This document shows, piece by piece, positions 1 to 6,868 of a stretch of DNA of 64,000 bases. A program made the position numbers and the translations under genes. Under the pieces are notes generated by a model that did no database searches, was not told the origin of the DNA, and saw only the letters and a program-made list of their open reading frames with translations. How positions within the stretch are numbered: position 1 is the first letter of the stretch; each line of letters starts with the position of its first letter. Source of the stretch: Candidatus Magasanikbacteria bacterium RIFCSPHIGHO2_02_FULL_48_18 (GTDB lineage Bacteria > Patescibacteriota > Patescibacteriia > Magasanikbacterales > UBA922); the NCBI GenBank assembly GCA_001784285.1, contig MFQC01000011.1:3640-67639 (forward strand), written 5' to 3'.

Positions 1-383
1 GGCGTGTGGGCGGCGACGCCGGTCGCCGCGTTGCACGAGTCGACCGTGCACAGGTTGCCGTCGTCGATGACGCCGCAATCCTTCTCCTCGACGACGCACT
101 GGCCGACGACGTTGCACGTCATCCCAGACGAACACACGATGTCCGTGTGGATGCAGTCGCCGTCCACGCACACGTCCGTCGTGCACGCGTCGTTGTCGTT
201 GCAGTCCTTGCCGTTGTTGCACTCGGCGGCCGGGGCGGTCGGCCCCGCGTCCGCCTGGGGGGTCGGGGGCACGACGTACGTCGGCCCAGCGTCGTTGGTG
301 TCCCACGTGATGTCTCCCCCCAGACACCCTGAAACGGAAAAGGAGGCGAAGATGGCGGCGACGATCATCAGATTGCTCTTCAT
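1..383 (-). CDS. Cys-rich lipoprotein with Dictyostelium-type (CTxDxC) repeats; runs off the window edge
   Basis: Manual translation: MKSNLMIVAAIFASFSVSG-C (lipobox-like)...DCNDNDACTTDVC...DDGNLCTVDSC. GGAG precedes the ATG. Not in the ORF track. Confidence 0.8.
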   Translation of the reverse strand, partial: MKSNLMIVAAIFASFSVSGCLGGDITWDTNDAGPTYVVPPTPQADAGPTAPAAECNNGKDCNDNDACTTDVCVDGDCIHTDIVCSSGMTCNVVGQCVVEEKDCGVIDDGNLCTVDSCNAATGVAAHT

Positions 384-495
384 CGGAATTCTCCTTGGCC
401 CATCGTGGGCCGCGCTAGTGCGGCCCGTTCCCGGGCGCTGTTTGAATCAGTGACAGCGCCGCAGTGGCGCCAGGCTTGAGAATGAGAAAACGAAC

Positions 496-581
496 ACTAC
501 GTATCCAGGAGGAAAATGGAATCGTTGTCATGCTGACAAAACGGTATGACAACTATTTTATCCTCTTCTTGGATACGTAGT
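496..581. other. 40-bp imperfect inverted repeat (long hairpin)
   Basis: Arms ACTACGTATCCAGGAGG...GTTGTCATGCTG and CGGTATGACAAC...CTTGGATACGTAGT; most deviations are G-U pairs on the + strand. Confidence 0.75.
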
Positions 582-831
582 CTTTCGATAAAGACGTTCA
601 TCCAATTTGTAAAGAGCACGGCAACAATAACAAATATTATTGCCAGACAATGAAACCCTGTCCAGGGTTAGAAATCCGGTTAGGGTGCCATTGTCTTCTT
701 CGAAAGCTATCCACTTGACAAGTGATGACTACCAGGGTACCCTGATATTAGGTGATAATCCTGGTGCACGATTATATCTGCTCCGGATCTTGGAACTCCC
801 TTGGGGAGTTCTTTTGTTTTCCTTCAATTCT

Positions 832-840
832 TGATATACT
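832..840 (+). promoter_or_regulatory. Extended -10 promoter for the tRNA-like gene
   Basis: TG-A-TATACT ending 14 nt upstream of position 855. Confidence 0.5.
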
Positions 841-854
841 ATTTTTGGATTGGA

Positions 855-929
855 GGGCGGAGAGCAGGTGGTCCTGCATCTGGGATTATCACCTCAGTTC
901 CAGGGGTTCGAATCCCCCTCCGTCCACCA
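855..929 (+). tRNA. Non-canonical tRNA-like gene (8/4 acceptor/T fold possible, G3:U70, 8-nt anticodon loop)
   Basis: GGGCGGAG/CTCCGTCC acceptor stem plus ACCA; GGGG-TTCGAAT-CCCC T-arm; GCAGG-TGGT-CCTGC D-arm; CTGGG-ATTATCAC-CTCAG anticodon arm. Confidence 0.7.
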
Positions 930-960
930 AAAGTCCTGAATTTTCAGGACTTTTGTTTTT
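929..960. terminator. Intrinsic terminator, possibly bidirectional
   Basis: AAAAGTCCTGAA-TT-TTCAGGACTTTT followed by a T-run. Confidence 0.8.
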
Positions 961-1183
961 GTAAAGAACAGTTTCCCAAACAATAACTCACAGTATCTCC
1001 CTTCGAAAAAATATTTTTCAAAGAGACAATGCTGTCCCCTTGTCTCAATTCTTTCGAATGAAACAAGGGGGAGCCTCCTTTCCCGCGATCCGGTGGATAC
1101 CGGCGCAGGATCGTGACTTCCCCGACTGGGTCGGGGAACGCAGCGCGTGTCACAGTGCGGATGCGCTGCTTGGAAGGTACGAA

Positions 1184-2212
1184 CTACCACATGGGCAAGT
1201 TGGCCGCCCGCCACATGGCGGGCGGGATGTAGGTGTTGGCTGCCGCTGCTGCCGCAGCTTCAGCCGCCACCTTGGCCTTCTCCCACTGGTTCCTCTCCCC
1301 GTTTCGCACACCTTGTGCGATACCGCAGGAGATCGCCCCGATGCCAGCGCCGGTCAACGCACCAATCCACGCCCCCTCGTCGGCGTGGCCATCCGTGTGC
1401 TTGCCGGGCTCGTCGGCCTGTGGTTGCTCGAAGTGCCCGATGAGGGCCCCTGCGCCGGCACCTCCGGCAGTCGCGGCACCCATCCCGATGAACCACATGG
1501 CCCAATCGGGAAGGTCGTACTGCGGAGGCGGGGGGACGTTGCTCGCCAGGCTGTAGAGGTAGGGGTTGAGCTGGTGTTTGTCAATCTTCACTCGCTCACC
1601 CAACCCGTCCCGGAAGCGGCAGTCGGCGCCGGGCGTCTTGAGGCACATTGCGAGTGCATAATTCGGGTCCAGAACGGCCCGATTCATGCAGTCCTCACAA
1701 GCCTCGACCATGTTTTTGACCGCCTCGGAGTCGACCGTCGTCCCATCCAACGACCGGAGGGTGCCGATGACGGCCGTGCACTGGGCCGCGCAGCCCTGCC
1801 CTGCCGGCGTCGCGAGCCGCTTTTCGATCCTGGCCAGAGTGGCCTGGATCTCGTCGAGCTTCTGGTGCACCGGCCCCAGTTTGACGTCGAGCACGGGGCC
1901 GATCGCCCCGATGACGCCGTCGATGATCCTCTGGATCGACTCGTCGTTGATCCCGACCTCTTTGCAGGCGTTATATACGCGGACCTTCCGCTTCCGGCAG
2001 GCCGCGCTGTCATCGCAGCACTCCTCGCGAAGCTTCTTCAGATCCGCCTCGAGGGCCGCAGTCTGAGCCGCCGACGCGTTCGTCTTCGCCACCATCGCCC
2101 TGATGGTGGCATCCTGGTTCGCCACGGTCGCTTTGACGTTCTGCCCGAACGCCAGGGTGCCGCTGATTGTGAGGGCCAGCAGCACAAGCCCCATGATCGT
2201 CTGGCGAATCAT
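1184..2212 (-). CDS. Hypothetical exported/membrane protein (signal peptide, coiled coil, Cys pairs, two Gly-rich hydrophobic segments)
   Basis: Start MIRQTIMGLVLLALTISGTLAFG after AGGAG; GC-rich; GxxxG-rich C-terminal segments. Confidence 0.75.
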   Translation of the reverse strand: MIRQTIMGLVLLALTISGTLAFGQNVKATVANQDATIRAMVAKTNASAAQTAALEADLKKLREECCDDSAACRKRKVRVYNACKEVGINDESIQRIIDGVIGAIGPVLDVKLGPVHQKLDEIQATLARIEKRLATPAGQGCAAQCTAVIGTLRSLDGTTVDSEAVKNMVEACEDCMNRAVLDPNYALAMCLKTPGADCRFRDGLGERVKIDKHQLNPYLYSLASNVPPPPQYDLPDWAMWFIGMGAATAGGAGAGALIGHFEQPQADEPGKHTDGHADEGAWIGALTGAGIGAISCGIAQGVRNGERNQWEKAKVAAEAAAAAAANTYIPPAMWRAANLPMW

Positions 2213-2274
2213 TGCGTTTCTCCTCGACCCTACCCGGGTCACGCGTTGTGAGCCCGGGCAGGGCTCATGGGTTG

Positions 2275-3783
2275 CTACTGGCAGTTGACGCCCGGCATGG
2301 CCGCCGGCTGGCTCGGGTCGATCGAGTGCAGGTTGTCCTGCGACGCGCACGTCGCCAGTTCCACGACGGGGGGCGGTGGGGGTGGGGGTTCCGGGTCACG
2401 CAGAATCAACCACGTAACAAAGACCCCCAACAACGTGCAGAACAGCAGGAACCCGATGGCCGTCGTCCACTGGAAGACCGTGGTCTCCCGCGTGACCGCC
2501 TTCACCCCGTTGAGTGGTGCGTTCACTGTGTTGTTGGCAACCAGCGGCACGCCGCCGGCGCCGACCGCACCCGCACCCCCCGGCAGGGCATTGGCGAAGT
2601 TCGCCAACGCCTGCATGTCGGCCAGTCGCTGGGCCATCGTCGGCTCTGGCGGAGCCACCGGGACGAGACCCTGCAGTTGCTGTACCAGGTCGACCGCGTC
2701 TCCAGCGGTGGGAGCGGCCGGGACCAGACCGTGCAGGGTTGTCACGATCTTTGCCGCCTCGTCGGGGTCTGCCGCCTTGGCCTGCGGCAGGGACTTGAGG
2801 AGCGCGTCGACGAGCGTCGCCGCGCCGTCTCGCTGGTCCTTCGCCATATCCTTTGCGAGCTGCCCCGGGTCCGTGACCTTCGGCAGTACGCCGAGGACGG
2901 CCGTGAGCCGGTCGGCAGCGGCCTTGTCTGCCGCGGCGCCGAGCGTCACGGCGACGCCACCGGTCTCCCGGATCTGCGCCGACGGCGCCTCGGCCTTCGG
3001 AAGCGCCGCAAGGACGGCGTCCAGGCGAGCCTGGGCCGCCTTGTCCGCAGCTCCCCCGAGCTTCGTCGTCATGTCGCCCATCGCGTTGAGCTGGTCCATC
3101 GGGTCGACAGCTTTCGCCATCATCCCCTTGAACATGTCTGCCGCTTCCTTGTAGACCTTTGCCAGGTCGGATTGCGGATTTGCCGCCGCGATCGCCGCGG
3201 GGAGCCCGTTCAGCCTGTCGCCGATCGTTGTCAGCGCTGTGAGGATCTGCGTCGCGGGCACCCCGGCGGTGACGGCGCTCTTCAGCGCCTCCGGGAGTGC
3301 CGTGATCGCCGCCTGGAGGGCGGCGAAGTTTTCTCTTGTCGCCGTTCCCGCCGTGATCAGCGGGAGGAGGACCTTGACAAGGTCCACGATGTCTCGCAGG
3401 TTCATGGTGTCTCCTCCGCCGTCGGGCGGTCTTGTTGTGTCAGTTCTCGTTCTTGTCCGCGGATCGGCCGGCGGCTGGTCAGGGTCCCCGCGCACGAGTT
3501 CAATCGTGCCGGAGGTCGCCTCCCCGGCCGCATCCGTGATCCGGACGCGGACAGGGTTGCGGTGGTCATTCTGGAGGTTCCCCTTGGGAACCACGATGTC
3601 CACCCTTTCGGGCGGACCCGCACTCCAGAACCAACCTTCCCTGCCCAAGGCCGCGGCCTTGGGCACGTCCTTGACCTCACCCCTAATTTCAATTCTCACT
3701 CTCGTCGGCTCTGCCGCGCCGAAGTCACCCTCGACGCGAACCGCCCGATCTCCGATCTTCGTAATGGTTGTGATGGTAGCCAT
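2275..3783 (-). CDS. Hypothetical Ala-rich repeat membrane protein
   Basis: Start MATITTITK after GAGGAGG; repeats LGxAADKAAxxRLxAVLxxLPK; C-terminal TM segment and poly-Pro. Confidence 0.75.
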   Translation of the reverse strand: MATITTITKIGDRAVRVEGDFGAAEPTRVRIEIRGEVKDVPKAAALGREGWFWSAGPPERVDIVVPKGNLQNDHRNPVRVRITDAAGEATSGTIELVRGDPDQPPADPRTRTRTDTTRPPDGGGDTMNLRDIVDLVKVLLPLITAGTATRENFAALQAAITALPEALKSAVTAGVPATQILTALTTIGDRLNGLPAAIAAANPQSDLAKVYKEAADMFKGMMAKAVDPMDQLNAMGDMTTKLGGAADKAAQARLDAVLAALPKAEAPSAQIRETGGVAVTLGAAADKAAADRLTAVLGVLPKVTDPGQLAKDMAKDQRDGAATLVDALLKSLPQAKAADPDEAAKIVTTLHGLVPAAPTAGDAVDLVQQLQGLVPVAPPEPTMAQRLADMQALANFANALPGGAGAVGAGGVPLVANNTVNAPLNGVKAVTRETTVFQWTTAIGFLLFCTLLGVFVTWLILRDPEPPPPPPPVVELATCASQDNLHSIDPSQPAAMPGVNCQ

Positions 3784-3905
3784 GTGTAGCCTCCTCATTG
3801 CGAAGTCGGTGCGGGTATGCGCCGACGAAAGTGTTGGACCGTACAGGATCCGACCACCACCTCGACCATCGAGGTGAGGTAGTGAGGACCCGGACGGGCC
3901 GTTGT

Positions 3906-3968
3906 ATCTCCCGTTCCCCCTCCTCACCTCCCCCTTTGGGGGAGGGGAAGGGAGGGGGAACGGGAGAT
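3906..3968. other. Long GC-rich hairpin upstream of the GC-rich gene pair
   Basis: ATCTCCCGTTCCCCCTCC...GGAGGGGGAACGGGAGAT followed by CTTTTT. Confidence 0.75.
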
Positions 3969-4225
3969 CTTTTTCTCTTGTTTTGGCCTTTATTTGTAAT
4001 GAACGGCTGAAAACACCAAAATTAGGCATGTTCAGCACAGAAAAAATCCTGGGAATCCCGGACCTTTTCTTTTCTGAACAGTGCAATAATACTTTAAATA
4101 ATCGCTCTATACAGCCAAATTTTTCTGCTTTTCTCCTTTTTTAGGAGAACTAACTATCATAGCACATTTTGGAGAACTTGTCAAGACACCCCACCCATGA
4201 TATTCTACCCATATTCTACAATCGT

Positions 4226-4675
4226 ATGACTGATAAAGAAAAAATGAAATATGTCTTCTACTGGTTTGAAGAAGCCAAAATTTCTTTGGATGTCGCAAAA
4301 TCACTGTATAAAAGCAAAAAATACGCAGAAACACTCTTTTTTGGCCATTTAACCTTGGAAAAAATACTCAAAAGTATTGTCGTATTTCAAACAAATAAAC
4401 ACGCACCGTTTACCCACGACTTGGTATCTCTTGCAGAAAAAGGAAGAATGCCTCTTTTAACCGATGCAATTGAAACGTTACAAAAAGTAAATGGCTTTTA
4501 TCTTTCCGGCAGATATGATCAACACAAAATGGATTTTCGGAAAAAATGCACTCCCGAATTTACCAAAAAATACTTTGATGAAATAAAAAATACCTACATA
4601 TGGCTCGAAAAAGAAGCACAAACGCTCTTCCGGTCTTTGTCACCGCAAAAGCCCATGGATACATCCAAACACTAA
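4226..4675 (+). CDS. HEPN domain protein
   Basis: W..A...L..A..L....Y...LF.GHL.LEK.LK and THDL motifs; overlaps the downstream MNT gene. Confidence 0.85.
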   Translation: MTDKEKMKYVFYWFEEAKISLDVAKSLYKSKKYAETLFFGHLTLEKILKSIVVFQTNKHAPFTHDLVSLAEKGRMPLLTDAIETLQKVNGFYLSGRYDQHKMDFRKKCTPEFTKKYFDEIKNTYIWLEKEAQTLFRSLSPQKPMDTSKH

Positions 4676-4935
4676 AATCCTCTCGGATACCGATCAATCG
4701 CGCATACATATTCGGTTCGTGGGCAAAACAGAAGGCAGATGATGACAGTGACATTGATCTTGCTATTTTGTCGTCTTCTTTTTCGGATTGGGAAAAACAA
4801 AATAACGCGTTGGCAAAAGCCATGCGCATGGATTTTGCCGGCATTGAACCGCACGGATTTCACCCAAAGGATTTCACACCCGGTGAAAATCTGTTAGTGG
4901 ATGAAATTCTCAAATATGGAATACGGATTGTGTGA
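4600..4935 (+). CDS. Minimal nucleotidyltransferase (MNT)
   Basis: YIFGSWAK...SDIDLAI (GS...DxD) motif. Confidence 0.88.
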   Translation: MARKRSTNALPVFVTAKAHGYIQTLKSSRIPINRAYIFGSWAKQKADDDSDIDLAILSSSFSDWEKQNNALAKAMRMDFAGIEPHGFHPKDFTPGENLLVDEILKYGIRIV

Positions 4936-4938
4936 TAT

Positions 4939-5220
4939 ATGAAAAAAGAAAACATTATCAAACTTATTGCCCCCATTCTCACGCGCCATCATGTGACGAA
5001 TGCCGCGTTGTTTGGTTCGTTCGCGCGAGGAGAAGAAACGGAAACCAGCGATGTGGATATTCTTATTGACCCACCGCCACACATGTCACTTCTTGATATG
5101 GCACGTCTCAAACATGAACTTGAAGACACCCTTCACAAAAAAGTGGATCTTGTCCCGGAGAGATCACTCTACCCAGATCTCAAACCATACATTGAAAAAG
5201 ATAAACGTCCAATTTTTTAG
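4939..5220 (+). CDS. MntA-like nucleotidyltransferase antitoxin
   Basis: LFGSFARGEETETSDVDIL...KVDLV. Confidence 0.9.
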   Translation: MKKENIIKLIAPILTRHHVTNAALFGSFARGEETETSDVDILIDPPPHMSLLDMARLKHELEDTLHKKVDLVPERSLYPDLKPYIEKDKRPIF

Positions 5221-5223
5221 TCT

Positions 5224-5604
5224 ATGGCAACAGATGAACAGCGAGAACCATTGGCATATTTACATGACATACAGGAAAGTATTGAACACATAGAGGCATA
5301 CACACAACCACACACCTTTGAATCGTTTGTAAGAGACCAACAAATACAAGACGCTGTGGTTCGACGAATAGAAATAATCGGCGAGGCAGTAAAACAATTA
5401 CCGCTTGCCATCCGGCATACCTACCCCGAAATCCCATGGCGGGATGTGGCAGGTATGCGTGATATTTTAATTCACGAATATTATCGCGTTGATTTACCGA
5501 CTGCGTGGGAAGTGGCCATTCGTGATTTGCCAAAATTGAAACGGCAAATACAAAACCTCATTAGGCATATTACAATGAATGATAATAAAAATTCTAAGAA
5601 GTAG
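5224..5604 (+). CDS. HepT-like DUF86 HEPN ribonuclease toxin
   Basis: DAVVRRIEIIGEAVK...IPWRDVAGMRDILIHEY (Rx4HxY motif). Confidence 0.9.
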   Translation: MATDEQREPLAYLHDIQESIEHIEAYTQPHTFESFVRDQQIQDAVVRRIEIIGEAVKQLPLAIRHTYPEIPWRDVAGMRDILIHEYYRVDLPTAWEVAIRDLPKLKRQIQNLIRHITMNDNKNSKK

Positions 5605-5607
5605 GTA

Positions 5608-5639
5608 AAATTCTCAAATACGAAATACGGATTGTGTAA
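5608..5639 (+). repeat. Direct copy of the 3' end of the MNT gene (4904-4935)
   Basis: 29/32 identical by manual alignment. Confidence 0.8.
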
Positions 5640-5657
5640 CTCATTACCATAAAATAA

Positions 5658-6065
5658 ATGGCTAACGAACATATTATCCAATTTTGGAAAAAATCCGCGG
5701 ACAAAAATCACGCGGCCGCCAAGTCATTATTTCGCCTCGGGCATTATGATATGTGCCTCTTCTGTTGCCATCTTGCGATTGAAAAATATCTGAAGGCATA
5801 TTACATAGCACAAACTGGCAAGCTTCCCCCGTACATCCACGATCTCAACCGAATCGCCGAATCACTAAGTCTGCCGCTCACAGATGAACACATAACAGAC
5901 CTCGACACAATGACAAAATTTAACGTCCAAGGGAGATACGACGACGTAAAATTGCGCTTCTACAAAACCGCGACAAAACCATACACCAAACACTATCTTG
6001 AAAAAACCAACCAATTCATTCTATGGCTAAAAAAAGAATCTCAAAAAAAACAGAAAAAAAAATAG
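5658..6065 (+). CDS. HEPN domain protein
   Basis: FWKKSA...YDMCLFCCHLAIEKYLKA...IHDL; paralog of 4226-4675. Confidence 0.87.
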   Translation: MANEHIIQFWKKSADKNHAAAKSLFRLGHYDMCLFCCHLAIEKYLKAYYIAQTGKLPPYIHDLNRIAESLSLPLTDEHITDLDTMTKFNVQGRYDDVKLRFYKTATKPYTKHYLEKTNQFILWLKKESQKKQKKK

Positions 6066-6349
6066 ATGGTTTTATATCCTCATTAAAAAAAGATGGGACG
6101 CCGATTACGAGTCTCTATCTTTTTGGCTCCCATGCCAAAGGAACCGCGCATGAATGGAGCGACATTGATTTGGCTGTTATTTCTCCGGCATTTGAAACAC
6201 GTATCAAAGATCCGCTGAATTATTTATGGGGGAAAAGGATGGAACTCAAAGAATTTGCCATCGAACCTGTTGGCTTTTCTCCAAAAGATTTTAAAGAAGG
6301 CGGCATGCTGATAAACGAAATTAAGCGGCATGGAATACGGATACTGTAA
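6023..6349 (+). CDS. Minimal nucleotidyltransferase (MNT)
   Basis: YLFGSHAKG...WSDIDLAVIS; paralog of 4600-4935. Confidence 0.88.
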   Translation: MAKKRISKKTEKKIDGFISSLKKDGTPITSLYLFGSHAKGTAHEWSDIDLAVISPAFETRIKDPLNYLWGKRMELKEFAIEPVGFSPKDFKEGGMLINEIKRHGIRIL

Positions 6350-6414
6350 AACCAAAGAGAAAATAAAAACAAACGCTTCATACATACCATTTTCTCACCC
6401 TAATATATACCTCT

Positions 6415-6636
6415 ATGAGCAACACTACCCCTACCAAACAAAAAAATCCTGACCTAACCAGAGAAATTCAGCTTATGAAAAGCCTGCTCATCAGTCTTGT
6501 CGGTCGAGACAACGAGGGAAACTACCAGCCTGAATTTGCCAAAAAAATACTTCTTGCTTCGGAAGAAAAGCCGACCAAAACATTTAAAGATCCCGCTTCA
6601 TTTTTGCGCGAACTTAAAAATGTTTCAATTTATTGA
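6415..6636 (+). CDS. Putative type II antitoxin
   Basis: 73-aa ORF overlapping a RelE/ParE-like C-terminal fragment. Confidence 0.55.
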   Translation: MSNTTPTKQKNPDLTREIQLMKSLLISLVGRDNEGNYQPEFAKKILLASEEKPTKTFKDPASFLRELKNVSIY

Positions 6637-6691
6637 CAGCGAAATAATTCAGCTTCTTCGAGTCGCGCACAGAAAAGACATCTACCTATAA
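6620..6691 (+). pseudogene. C-terminal remnant of a RelE/ParE-family toxin
   Basis: MFQFIDSEIIQLLRVAHRKDIYL* matches the RelE/ParE terminal 'V.HR.DIY' pattern; the N-terminal part is absent. Confidence 0.6.
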
Positions 6692-6705
6692 TAGTCCCTT
6701 GCTTC

Positions 6706-6765
6706 TTTAAAGAAAACGGAGTACTGATCAATGAAACCAAGCGGCATGGAATACGGATACGGTAA
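6706..6765 (+). repeat. Direct copy of the 3' end of the MNT gene (6290-6349)
   Basis: 50/60 identical; reads FKENGVLINETKRHGIRIR* versus FKEGGMLINEIKRHGIRIL*. Confidence 0.8.
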
Positions 6766-6775
6766 ATTTGGTGAA

Positions 6776-6801
6776 AGATGCTGAAACAAGTTCAGCATGA
6801 C
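6776..6801. repeat. REP-like palindrome (GTCATGCTGAACTTGTTTCAGCATCT type)
   Basis: ATGCTGAA-ACAAG-TTCAGCAT stem. Confidence 0.65.
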
Positions 6802-6868
6802 AACAAACGAGACTTGAGAGACTTCCAAAGGACCAAAAACGACCGGCACTCACCGATCGTTTTTTAAA

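Noticed and set aside
715-820. Possible small RNA (TTGACA, ACCAGG/CCTGGT stem, GAACTCCC/GGGAGTTC terminator)
   Set aside because: The -10 element is poor and no family is recognisable; too weak to call.
855-929. tRNA-Sec, tRNA-Pyl or a piece of a two-part tmRNA
   Set aside because: No long variable arm or properly placed UCA/CUA anticodon; a complete one-piece tmRNA exists at 19394-19789.
4-3877. Long + strand ORFs (149, 403, 525, 295, 212 aa)
   Set aside because: Antisense shadows of GC-rich minus-strand genes, which have the SD sites and protein-like features.
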